Assembly: GCA_963836075.1 (NCBI GenBank)
Contig: CAWIIB010000009.1
Coordinates: 1,600,001 to 1,664,000, forward strand
DNA length: 64,000 nucleotides
DNA from: an uncultured Acidobacteriota bacterium
Lineage (GTDB): Bacteria > Acidobacteriota > JAQAZP01
Direction: 5' to 3'
The stretch's first letter is position 1, and every line of letters starts with the position of its first letter. The position numbers were made by a program, and so were the translations under genes. The notes beneath the pieces were generated by a model, which saw only the letters and a program-made list of their open reading frames with translations, searched no databases and was not told the origin of the DNA. Positions 40,460-49,506 of the stretch are shown here, piece after piece.

Positions 40460-42403
40460 ATCGCCACGTCCGGATCACTTCCGCTCCTGCCGGTCCTCGC
40501 GGTCATTGTCGCCGGCCTCTTCACCGGTTGCGCTGAGCCGGTCCATACGGACGCCGAGCAGCAGCTGGCGACCCGGGGGTCGGCCATCGACCTGCTGGAG
40601 CTGCGCCGGCTCACCGATCCGGAGCCGCTGCAGCGTGACGAGGAGACCCGGCGAGGCCTGGTCGGGGTGCAGTGGATGATCGACGACGAGACCCGTCCCT
40701 CCATGCAGACTCTCCCCGGAGCGCCCTGGTCGGTCTCCCTGTCGCTCCCCCCGGCGGACCCGGACAACGGCGACGGTCCACTGCTCCGTTTTGCCACCGG
40801 GGTCTCCGTGCCGGGATGGGAGAACGGGGGCCAGCCAGTCCGCTTCCGGGTCCATGCCCGGGGCGAACACTCCCTGTTCAAGCGGCTGATCTTCGACCGG
40901 ACACTGGACCCCGTGGGGAATGTCTACCACCGGATCTGGCACGATCATGAGTTGAGCCTGGCCCGCTATGCGGGGGAACGGGTTCGCCTGACGTTCTCCA
41001 CGGAGAAGATGGGCCGCCGGGGGGGCGTGGATAGCGGGGCTTACGCCGTCTGGGCCCACCCGCTGGTCCAGGGGGCCGCCCCGCCGGCCGCCAATCTGCT
41101 GGTGATCCTGGTGGACACCCTGCGGGCTGACCACCTGGGTTCCAACGGCTACCAGAATCGCACCACACCCCACCTCGACCGCTGGGCCGGCCGGGGCGTA
41201 TCTTTCCGGCAGGCGGTCTCCTCAAGCTGCTGGACGGCTCCGGCGGTGGCCTCTCTGTTCACCGGGCAGCACCCCTATGGCCACGGCGTGCGCACCAAGT
41301 ACGCCCTCGACCTGGGCCAGGGCGAGGAAACCCTGGCCGAGCTGTTCCGTCGCGGCGGCTGGTTCACCGGGGCCATCTCGGACAACTTGCTCATCGTTCC
41401 GGGCAACGGCTACGCCCAGGGCTTCCAGACCTTCCTGACCCACCCCTGGGACCGCCAGGAGCGTGGGGCCCGCGGGCTCACCGACCGGGCCATTGCCTGG
41501 CTGGAGCGCGACGGCGGCCGGCCATTCTTTTTCTATCTGCACTACATGGACCCCCACGGGCTCTACACGCCGGAGGAGCCCTATGAACCGGGCCCTGCCG
41601 GGTTGTCGGGTGAGATCCGTGACTTCGTCGAAGCGGGTGACTGCGGCGCGGTGACCAAGCAGATCCGCAAGGATAGCACGTTCAAACTGTCGGCCGCGGA
41701 GCAGCAGCGTCTGCTCGACCTCTATGACGGCGAGATCGCGGCCACCGATTACCACATCGCCCGGCTGCTGGCCTGGTTGAGCCATGAAGGTCTGCTGGAC
41801 CGCACGGCGGTCATCCTGCTCGCCGACCATGGCGAAGGATTCGGTGAGCACAACGTTTACTCCCACGCGCACACGCTGCACGACGAGGAGGTCCTGGTCC
41901 CGCTGGTCATCCTGCCGCCCTCCGGCATGGACCTGGCGCGGGGTGTATCTCATTCCGGCGCTGTACGCATGGTGGACCTGGCGCCCACCATCCTCGACCT
42001 GGCCGGGCTGGCCATGGACGGGGAGGGCGCGGGTCGGTCCCTGGTCCCGCTGATGAAGGGCGGAGAACAGCCGGCGGACGGGCAGGAGGCCTACAGCGAG
42101 CATTCGGCCTACGCCAGGCCGGGTGAGCCCCTTGTGGTGGAGAGCGCGGTCCGTTCACCCGGGCTGAAGCTGATCTTCAATCCCGGCCGGGGCACCCACC
42201 AGCTGTTCGACCTGGATGCCGACCCCGGTGAACAGGTCGATGTCTTCGCCGCCGGCAGCCGGAGGGTGTCGGCCATGCTGAACCGGCTGGACCACTACCT
42301 CGCCGAAGCAGCAGCATCCCCGGAGGCCGTGACCCCCGGCGGCAGGGGGCCGGATGCCGAGCAGCTGCAGCAACTTGAGGCCCTCGGCTACCTGGATCAG
42401 TAG
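40460..42403 (+). CDS. Sulfatase/alkaline-phosphatase-superfamily lipoprotein; start codon uncertain
   Basis: FTGC lipobox-like site; VDTLRADH, HYMDPH, YDGEI, ADHGE, LFDLxxDPGE, terminal LEALGYL. Confidence 0.85.
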   Translation: MATSGSLPLLPVLAVIVAGLFTGCAEPVHTDAEQQLATRGSAIDLLELRRLTDPEPLQRDEETRRGLVGVQWMIDDETRPSMQTLPGAPWSVSLSLPPADPDNGDGPLLRFATGVSVPGWENGGQPVRFRVHARGEHSLFKRLIFDRTLDPVGNVYHRIWHDHELSLARYAGERVRLTFSTEKMGRRGGVDSGAYAVWAHPLVQGAAPPAANLLVILVDTLRADHLGSNGYQNRTTPHLDRWAGRGVSFRQAVSSSCWTAPAVASLFTGQHPYGHGVRTKYALDLGQGEETLAELFRRGGWFTGAISDNLLIVPGNGYAQGFQTFLTHPWDRQERGARGLTDRAIAWLERDGGRPFFFYLHYMDPHGLYTPEEPYEPGPAGLSGEIRDFVEAGDCGAVTKQIRKDSTFKLSAAEQQRLLDLYDGEIAATDYHIARLLAWLSHEGLLDRTAVILLADHGEGFGEHNVYSHAHTLHDEEVLVPLVILPPSGMDLARGVSHSGAVRMVDLAPTILDLAGLAMDGEGAGRSLVPLMKGGEQPADGQEAYSEHSAYARPGEPLVVESAVRSPGLKLIFNPGRGTHQLFDLDADPGEQVDVFAAGSRRVSAMLNRLDHYLAEAAASPEAVTPGGRGPDAEQLQQLEALGYLDQ

Positions 42404-42442
42404 AGGAATCCATCGGCGATCAGCCCCTCCCCCCGTGTAAAA

Positions 42443-42480
42443 ATAATAGACAAATAAAGTCGATTTTATGCTATTATAAT
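42443..42480 (+). promoter_or_regulatory. suf promoter with a putative IscR/Rrf2-type site
   Basis: ATAATAGAC-AAATAAA-GTCGATTTT resembles ATAnnnGAC-N7-GTCnnnTAT; TGCTATTATAAT -10 region. Confidence 0.55.
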
Positions 42481-42551
42481 CAGGCACCGGGCCGCTGCGG
42501 CGCGAGCTTCGGGCCTGCGGTGCTGCAATGTTAACGAGAGGAAACCTGAAG

Positions 42552-43322
42552 ATGAAGCAGAAGCTGTCCAAACGAAATCTTGTCCTGGACAACGTCTATG
42601 TCCGGGTGGAGGGCAAGCAGATCGTCCGGGGCATTTCCATGACCATCAAGCCGGGTGAGATCCACGCCCTGATGGGGCCCAACGGCACCGGCAAAAGTTC
42701 GCTGGCCCTGGCCCTGATGGGCCATCCGCGATACGACACCGTGGAGGGTTCGGCCCGCATCGGCGACACCGAGCTGTTCGACCTCAATCCCAGCGAGCGG
42801 GCCAGGGCCGGCCTGTTCCTCGCCATGCAGTCCCCGGCCGAGATCCCCGGGGTGCCGATGTCCGATTTCGTGCGCACCGCGCGGCGGGAACTGGGCCTCG
42901 AAGACCTCTCCGGCATGAAGTTCAACCGCCGGTTGAAGTCTGAGCTGAAGCTGATCGGCATGGACAGCGCCTTTGCCGGGCGCTACCTCAACGAGGGCTT
43001 CTCCGGCGGAGAGAAAAAGCGGGCCGAGGTGTTGCAGATGCGGATGCTGGAGCCGAAATTCGCCGTCCTCGACGAGATCGACTCCGGCCTGGACATCGAC
43101 GCCCTGGTGGCGGTGGCCCGGGGGATCGGCGAGCTGGTGGCCGCCGGCACCGGCGTGCTGGTGATCACCCACTACCGCCGGCTGCTGGACCACCTGCCGC
43201 CGGACATGGTGCACATCATGAGCGGCGGCGAGATCGTCCGCTCCTCTCCGGGGATGGAACTGGCCAACACCCTCGAGGCCGGCGGCTACGAGGCAGTGCT
43301 GGGCCATGAGGTATCAGTCTGA
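42552..43322 (+). CDS. sufC: Fe-S assembly ATPase SufC
   Basis: [37 protein letters not shown]. Confidence 0.95.
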   Translation: MKQKLSKRNLVLDNVYVRVEGKQIVRGISMTIKPGEIHALMGPNGTGKSSLALALMGHPRYDTVEGSARIGDTELFDLNPSERARAGLFLAMQSPAEIPGVPMSDFVRTARRELGLEDLSGMKFNRRLKSELKLIGMDSAFAGRYLNEGFSGGEKKRAEVLQMRMLEPKFAVLDEIDSGLDIDALVAVARGIGELVAAGTGVLVITHYRRLLDHLPPDMVHIMSGGEIVRSSPGMELANTLEAGGYEAVLGHEVSV

Positions 43323-44785
43323 TGGACAACCTGGCCAACAGCGACAGGACGGGACGCGGAGTTGCCCCGGCGGTGGTGCCGCCGGTGGCCGGTATGACCG
43401 ATGCCGCAAAGGATGAATACCGCTACGGCTTCCACGATCCCGAGGAGTATGTCTACCGTACGCCAAAGGGGCTGACCCGGGAGACCGTGGAGGAGATCTC
43501 GCGGCGCAAGGGCGAACCGCAGTGGATGCTGGAGAAGCGGCTGGAAGGCCTGAAACTGTTCCAGCGCAAACCGATGCCCCGCTGGGGGGCCGACCTCAGC
43601 GGCATCGACTTCGACCGCATCACCTACTACATCAAGCCCAGCGAGCAGGAGGAGCGGTCCTGGGACGATGTGCCGGAGAACATCAAGAACACCTTTGACC
43701 GGCTGGGCATCCCCGAGGCGGAGAAGAAGTGGCTGGCCGGGGTGGGGGCGCAGTACGAGTCGGAGACGGTCTACCACAACCTGAAGCGGGAGTGGGTGGA
43801 GAAGGGCGTGATCTTCACCGACATGGACACCGCGCTCAAGGAACGGCCGGAGATCGTCAAACAGTATTTCGGCACCATCATCCCCGCCGGGGACAACAAG
43901 TTCGCCGCGCTGAACACCGCGGTCTGGAGCGGCGGCAGTTTTGTCTACGTTCCGGCCGGGGTCACCGTGGACATCCCGCTGCAGGCCTATTTCCGGATCA
44001 ACGCCCGGGACATGGGCCAGTTCGAGCGGACGATGATCATCGGCGGCCCGGGGGCCACCCTGCACTACGTGGAGGGCTGCACCGCCCCCACCTACTCCAG
44101 CGACTCGCTGCACGCCGCGGTGGTGGAGGTGATCGCCCTGCCCGGGTCGCGGGTCCGCTACACCACCATCCAGAACTGGTCGCACAACGTCTACAACCTG
44201 GTGACCAAGCGCGCCGCGGCCTACGAGGGCGCCACGGTGGAGTGGGTGGACGGCAACCTGGGCAGCAAGGTGACCATGAAGTACCCCTCGGTCTACCTGC
44301 TGGGCCGCGGGGCCCACGCCGAGATCCTTTCCGTGGCCATGGCCAACGACGGCCAGTACATCGACGCCGGGGCCAAGGCGGTCCACGCCGCCCCGGACTC
44401 CACCTCCTCGGTGGTCTCCAAGTCGATCAGCAAGGGCCAGGGCCGGGCGGGATACCGCGGGCTGGTCCAGGTGGAACCGGGCGCCACCGGCGCCAAAGCC
44501 TCGGTGCGCTGTGACGCACTGATCCTTGGGCCCGAGGCGCGCAGCGACACCTATCCCTACATGGACGTCAGGGAAGAGGAGAGCAACATCGAGCACGAAG
44601 CCACGGTGAGCCGGGTGGGCGAAGAGCAGCTCTTCTACCTCACCAGCCGCGGGCTGAGCGAGGAGGAGGCGGCGTTGATGATCGTCAACGGCTTTATCGA
44701 GCCGATCGTCAAGGAACTGCCCATGGAATACGCGGTGGAGCTGAACCGGCTGATCGAGATGGAAATGGAGGGGTCCGTTGGTTGA
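43322..44785 (+). CDS. sufB: Fe-S assembly protein SufB
   Basis: [36 protein letters not shown]. Confidence 0.97.
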   Translation: MDNLANSDRTGRGVAPAVVPPVAGMTDAAKDEYRYGFHDPEEYVYRTPKGLTRETVEEISRRKGEPQWMLEKRLEGLKLFQRKPMPRWGADLSGIDFDRITYYIKPSEQEERSWDDVPENIKNTFDRLGIPEAEKKWLAGVGAQYESETVYHNLKREWVEKGVIFTDMDTALKERPEIVKQYFGTIIPAGDNKFAALNTAVWSGGSFVYVPAGVTVDIPLQAYFRINARDMGQFERTMIIGGPGATLHYVEGCTAPTYSSDSLHAAVVEVIALPGSRVRYTTIQNWSHNVYNLVTKRAAAYEGATVEWVDGNLGSKVTMKYPSVYLLGRGAHAEILSVAMANDGQYIDAGAKAVHAAPDSTSSVVSKSISKGQGRAGYRGLVQVEPGATGAKASVRCDALILGPEARSDTYPYMDVREEESNIEHEATVSRVGEEQLFYLTSRGLSEEEAALMIVNGFIEPIVKELPMEYAVELNRLIEMEMEGSVG

Positions 44786-46109
44786 ACCGGCACACACTGT
44801 ATCTGTGGACGAGGGTGAACTGTGCACCGTGGGGTCGCTGAAGCCCGAACTGCTGCTGGCCGGCTCCCGGGAGACCGGTGAGCCCCACTGGCTGCTGAAG
44901 CAGCGGGCCGCCTTCCTGCGCCGCTTCCGCGACGTGGGACTGCCCGCCCCCTTCGAAGAGGACTGGCGGGGCACCGACCTGCGGGAGTTCGGCCTGGAAC
45001 GCTCCACGCTGATCCGGGTGGGTGCGGGCCCGTCCGCCAGGCTGGCCGCTTCCGAAATCCACCTCTCTCCTTCACCCACCCAGTGCAGCAGGCCCGGGGC
45101 ATTGACGATGCTGCCGCTGGGCGAAGCGGTCAGGCGCAAGCCGGACCTCCTGAAGGCCAACCTCTTTTCCGGCTTTGACCCGGAGACGGCGCCGGCCCTG
45201 GCCGCGCTCAACGCCGCCTGCCTCAGCGGGGGAGCATTCTTTCACCTGCCCCGGGAAGTGGAGATGGAGGGCACGGCCCGAGTCGCCTGGCAACCGTCGG
45301 CGGATGCGGCAACGCACTTCCCCCACAACCTGGTGGTGCTGGAGGAGGGCAGCCGCGGGTCGCTGGTGGAAAGCTTCAGCGGGCCATGGGCATCCGACGG
45401 CGGGGGCTCCTGCTGCAGTGTCACCGAGGTGCTGGTGGGGCCGGGCGCGCAACTGGACATCCTGACCCTCATCGACCAGGACGGCGAGGTGGGCACCTGT
45501 CACACCGCCGTGGCCCGGGTGGCCGCCGGGGGCCGCCTCCGCTGGTACCTGGGCAGCATCGGCGGCCGGATGGTGCGGGCGGATATGGAGGTCACCCTGG
45601 CCGGCCGGGAAGCCGAGAGCCGGATCATCGGTGTCGGCGTGGGCCGGGGCCGCCGGCACCTGGACCACCGGACGGTGCAGCGCCATGCCGCACCGGACAC
45701 CCGCAGCACCATCGTTTTCGGCACACTGCTCCGCGGGCGGTCCAGTTCCATCTACCGCGGCCTGATCGGCATGGACCACAATGCCCAGCGCGGTGACGCC
45801 TACCAGAAAAACGACAACCTCCTGCTGGAGCGCGGGCCCACCGCCCAGGCGATCCCCAAACTGGAAATACTCACCGACGACGTCAAGTGCAGCCACGGAT
45901 CCACCGTGGGCCGGCTGAGCGAAGAGGAAATGTTCTACGCCACCGCCCGGGGCATACCACGCTGGCGGGCCCGTGACCTGGTGGCCGAGGGTTTTGTCCG
46001 CCGGGTGGTGTCCGGGGGCGGGGACTGGAACCCGCTGGCCGAGGAACTGTTCCATGCGGTGCGCGGGGCGGTGATCGATGACATTCAACCCTATGACCTG
46101 GCGGAGTGA
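44778..46109 (+). CDS. sufD: Fe-S assembly protein SufD
   Basis: EDWRxT, [19 protein letters not shown], FYxxARGI. Confidence 0.9.
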   Translation: MVEPAHTVSVDEGELCTVGSLKPELLLAGSRETGEPHWLLKQRAAFLRRFRDVGLPAPFEEDWRGTDLREFGLERSTLIRVGAGPSARLAASEIHLSPSPTQCSRPGALTMLPLGEAVRRKPDLLKANLFSGFDPETAPALAALNAACLSGGAFFHLPREVEMEGTARVAWQPSADAATHFPHNLVVLEEGSRGSLVESFSGPWASDGGGSCCSVTEVLVGPGAQLDILTLIDQDGEVGTCHTAVARVAAGGRLRWYLGSIGGRMVRADMEVTLAGREAESRIIGVGVGRGRRHLDHRTVQRHAAPDTRSTIVFGTLLRGRSSSIYRGLIGMDHNAQRGDAYQKNDNLLLERGPTAQAIPKLEILTDDVKCSHGSTVGRLSEEEMFYATARGIPRWRARDLVAEGFVRRVVSGGGDWNPLAEELFHAVRGAVIDDIQPYDLAE

Positions 46110-46121
46110 GAACGGCGGAAG

Positions 46122-46559
46122 ATGCCGGTGGAGATCGAGATGAGCGAGATGGAGCAGAAAGCGAAGATGGTGGACGTGGGTGCGGTGGAGAGTTTCCCCG
46201 CCGGCCGGGGCAAGCGGGTGCTGGTGAACGGGAACCCGGTGGCGGTGTTCCGGCTGGGCGAGAGGTTTCACGCCCTGGAGGACTGCTGCAGCCACGCCAT
46301 GGCCCCGCTGAGCGGCGGGGAAGTGAAGGACGGTGCGGTGGCCTGCCCGCGCCACGGCGCACACTTCGACATCGCCACCGGCGAGGTGCTCTCGCTCCAG
46401 GCGGTGGCCAACGTGGTCTCCTTCCCGGCCGAGGTGCGCGACGGGCGGGTGCTGGTCAGCACCCAGGGGTGGCTGGCCGATCCGCTCTGGACCACGGGAC
46501 GACAACTGGGCCAGCGTGAGACCGCTCCCGATCAACTGGAACTGGAGGCGGTGGAATGA
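46122..46559 (+). CDS. Rieske-type [2Fe-2S] ferredoxin
   Basis: CSH...CPRHGAHFD. Confidence 0.9.
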   Translation: MPVEIEMSEMEQKAKMVDVGAVESFPAGRGKRVLVNGNPVAVFRLGERFHALEDCCSHAMAPLSGGEVKDGAVACPRHGAHFDIATGEVLSLQAVANVVSFPAEVRDGRVLVSTQGWLADPLWTTGRQLGQRETAPDQLELEAVE

Positions 46560-47851
46560 TGAACCAGGTGAGCGCCGGCATGGCCGGCACCGGCGTGGCG
46601 GGAGCAGCGCCCCGGTCGGTGGTGGAGGGCCGTGCCCTGGTGCCGGCCGTGGCCTTTCCCCTGGTGCAGCGTGAGGCGGACCGCGGCCGCTGCTACCTCG
46701 ACAATGCCGCCACGACCCAGAAACCGGAGGAGGTGATCGAGGCCCAGGCCCGCTTCTACCGCGAGACCAACGCCAACATCCACCGCGGGATCCACCGGCT
46801 GAGCATGGAGGCCACCGACCTCTTCGAAGAGGTGCGCGCCGCGGCGGCCCGTTTCATCGGCGCCGCCCGGCCGGAGGAGATCATCTTCTGCCGCGGCGCC
46901 ACCGAGGCACTGAACCTGGCGGCCCACGGCTGGGGCCTGTCCCACCTGCAACCCGGGGATGAGGTCGTGCTGACCACCCTGGAGCACCACTCGAACCTGG
47001 TGCCCTGGCAGCTGGTGGCGGCTCGCACCGGCGCAAAACTGGTGGAACTGAAGCCGGACCGTGAGGGATTGATCAGCGAGAAGGCGCTGTCCCGGGTCAT
47101 CGGTCCGCAGACCCGGCTGGTGGGAATGACCCACGTTTCGAACCTGCTCGGCTCGGTCAGTGACATCCGGACGGCTGCCGAGGCGGCCCACCGGGTGGGG
47201 GCGCTGCTGCTGGTGGACGGGGCCCAGGCGGTGGGGCACCTGCCGGTGGATGTTTCCGATCTGGGCTGCGACCTCTACGCGGTCTCGGGGCACAAGATGT
47301 TCGGCCCCACCGGCACCGGCTTTCTCTGGGGCCGGTACGATCTTCTTGACCGCTTCGAGCCCTTCCTCGGCGGCGGCGACATGATCGATGAGGTGCAGTT
47401 CCAGCAGTCCACCTGGGCCGAACTGCCGGCACGGCTGGAAGCCGGCACGCCCAACATCGGCGGTGTGGCCGGTCTCGGTGCGGCCATCTCCTTCCTGGAA
47501 GGGGTGGGCATGGCCCGGATACGGCAGCACGATATGGAACTGGCCGGGGAAGCCCGGGAGCGGCTGGCCGCCATCCCCGACGTCGAGGTATATGGCCCGT
47601 CGGACCCGGTGTTGCGCAGCGGCCTGGTCTCCTTCAACGTGGAGGGGATCCACGCCCACGACGTGGGTTGCGTGCTCGACTCCGAGGGCGTGGCGGTGCG
47701 CACCGGGCACATGTGCTCGCAGCCGACCCTGCAGCACCTCGGCATCGGCAGCTGCGTCCGGGCCAGCTTTGCCCTGTACAACGGCCGTGAGGACCTGGAC
47801 CGGCTGGTGGCCGGCCTCGCCAAAACGGTCGACTTCTTCAAGGCCAGATGA
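46556..47851 (+). CDS. sufS: Cysteine desulfurase SufS
   Basis: YLDNAATTQKP, EHHSN, SGHKM, EAGTP, RTGHMC. Confidence 0.95.
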   Translation: MMNQVSAGMAGTGVAGAAPRSVVEGRALVPAVAFPLVQREADRGRCYLDNAATTQKPEEVIEAQARFYRETNANIHRGIHRLSMEATDLFEEVRAAAARFIGAARPEEIIFCRGATEALNLAAHGWGLSHLQPGDEVVLTTLEHHSNLVPWQLVAARTGAKLVELKPDREGLISEKALSRVIGPQTRLVGMTHVSNLLGSVSDIRTAAEAAHRVGALLLVDGAQAVGHLPVDVSDLGCDLYAVSGHKMFGPTGTGFLWGRYDLLDRFEPFLGGGDMIDEVQFQQSTWAELPARLEAGTPNIGGVAGLGAAISFLEGVGMARIRQHDMELAGEARERLAAIPDVEVYGPSDPVLRSGLVSFNVEGIHAHDVGCVLDSEGVAVRTGHMCSQPTLQHLGIGSCVRASFALYNGREDLDRLVAGLAKTVDFFKAR

Positions 47852-47853
47852 AC

Positions 47854-47919
47854 GGGGACAGCTACCTGCATGCACAAGTATTGCAAACAGGGCGTTTGAC
47901 AGTATTGGGGACAGTTACC
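47854..47919. repeat. Two GGGGACAG(C/T)TACC direct repeats between sufS and sufU
   Basis: Copies at 47854-47866 and 47907-47919; same GACAG core as the 28.7-28.9 kb cluster. Confidence 0.55.
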
Positions 47920-47937
47920 ACTTCAGGAGCAGAACGG

Positions 47938-48384
47938 ATGCTGAACGCTGAAGAACAGCTGGACGGGCTCTACCGCGGCGTGATCATGGACCACTACCGC
48001 CGGCCGCGGAACCGCGGCAACCTCGCCGGCATGGGCAAGGTGGCCGAGGGCAAGAATCCCCTCTGCGGCGACTCGGTGCGTTTCGAGATGATGCTTCAGG
48101 ACGGCGTGGTGGAGAAGATCGTCTTTGACGGGCACGGCTGTGCCATTTCAATCTCTTCGGCCTCGATGCTCACCGAACTGCTGCAGGGCAAGACCGTGGC
48201 GGAGGCGAAAAGCCTCATCGCCCAGGCCGCCGATTTCCTCAAGGGGGAGCGGGACGGGGTGGACGAAGAGGAACTGGGCGACGTGGCCGCCCTGGAAGGG
48301 GTGGCCAGATTCCCGGTGCGCATCAAGTGCGCGCTGCTCCCCTTTGTGGCCGTGCGGGATGCATGTGAAGCAGAAGGGGCCTGA
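47938..48384 (+). CDS. sufU: SufU-type NifU/IscU-family protein
   Basis: IMDHY, NPLCGD, GCAIS, RIKCA; AGGAG RBS. Confidence 0.93.
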   Translation: MLNAEEQLDGLYRGVIMDHYRRPRNRGNLAGMGKVAEGKNPLCGDSVRFEMMLQDGVVEKIVFDGHGCAISISSASMLTELLQGKTVAEAKSLIAQAADFLKGERDGVDEEELGDVAALEGVARFPVRIKCALLPFVAVRDACEAEGA

Positions 48385-48399
48385 CCCCATCCTGTTGCA

Positions 48400-49506
48400 C
48401 TATCCCACTGCCCGCCCCTGCGCCAGCTTGCGCACCATCCAGATGATGGTTGCCGCGGCTCCAACCAGCAGCAGGAGGAAGACGGTCAGCTGGCCCCAGC
48501 GGGGCTCGACCCAGGCCGGGATCTCGTATCCCGCCGCGGCCAGCGCGCCCCGCCGGATCTGGTCCCGGGCCAGGATCATCGCCACCAGGCCCGCGGCAGC
48601 CAAACCGCTGCCGAAGAGCAGCGGTTTCATCGGCGCGTTGCCCTTGCGCGTCTCCTGAATCACCACCAGAGCTCCCAGAACCAGGACGGTGCCCAGGCCG
48701 AGAGCGGCGCTGGCCGCCGGGCTGCGGCCCATGAAGAGGAGCATGGTCTCCCGCGGCAGGGCCACCAGCCACCAGCATCCGGTAGCGATGTTGATCACCG
48801 AGGCGCCCATGAACCAGTGACTGCCCAGACGGACCGCGAAGCGGCCCGATTCCGGGTTTGCGGACATGCGCCGGGCGCCAAAGATGGCGATCACAAGGCC
48901 GGCAACGGCCAGGGCGCCGAACACCATGTGCAGCCAGCGGGGAACCAGCGTCGGGTCGGCGAGGTTCAGCCCGGTGCCGCCGGCTGATGCGCCGTGCAGT
49001 TCGGCAAACCGCTGGGGAGAAATCATCAGGCTCATGTTGTTGGTGTAGATGAAGGAGATGGCCAGGAAGAGCAGGGCGATCAGCCCGGTGACCCACGGCC
49101 GGGCCCGGCCCAGCCCCTGTCCCTTGAAGGCGACCAGATAGGTGCCGTAGTAGGCGAGGATCAGGATCGGGATCACGCTGAACCAGTACCAGGCCATCAG
49201 CACCGACGAACTGAACAGGAGCCGGCCGAAGAGCACCTGGGTCAGCAGCAGGGGGGCCACCCCGAAGCTCACCGCGGCGGCCACCATGGGCGGCATGGCT
49301 TTGGCGAGGAACGAGCGCAGTTCCTCCCGCGGCAGGTCCTTCTTACGGCCCAGCAGGGCGGAGATGATCGATCCGCCGAGAATGAAGTTCATCGGCAACA
49401 GGTGGAGGAAGAAGGTCAGCAGCAGGAGAAACCAGACCAGCCCCGGCGGGGCGGAGAGCGGCAGCGGGTCGGGATGGGGGATGATCACGGTCAGCAGGCT
49501 GTCCAT
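48400..49506 (-). CDS. Polytopic membrane protein, second subunit of a cytochrome bd-like complex
   Basis: TFFLHLL, GVAPLL, RWLH, MxxxRxxxR; stop/start overlap with the upstream cytochrome gene. Confidence 0.7.
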   Translation of the reverse strand: MDSLLTVIIPHPDPLPLSAPPGLVWFLLLLTFFLHLLPMNFILGGSIISALLGRKKDLPREELRSFLAKAMPPMVAAAVSFGVAPLLLTQVLFGRLLFSSSVLMAWYWFSVIPILILAYYGTYLVAFKGQGLGRARPWVTGLIALLFLAISFIYTNNMSLMISPQRFAELHGASAGGTGLNLADPTLVPRWLHMVFGALAVAGLVIAIFGARRMSANPESGRFAVRLGSHWFMGASVINIATGCWWLVALPRETMLLFMGRSPAASAALGLGTVLVLGALVVIQETRKGNAPMKPLLFGSGLAAAGLVAMILARDQIRRGALAAAGYEIPAWVEPRWGQLTVFLLLLVGAAATIIWMVRKLAQGRAVG

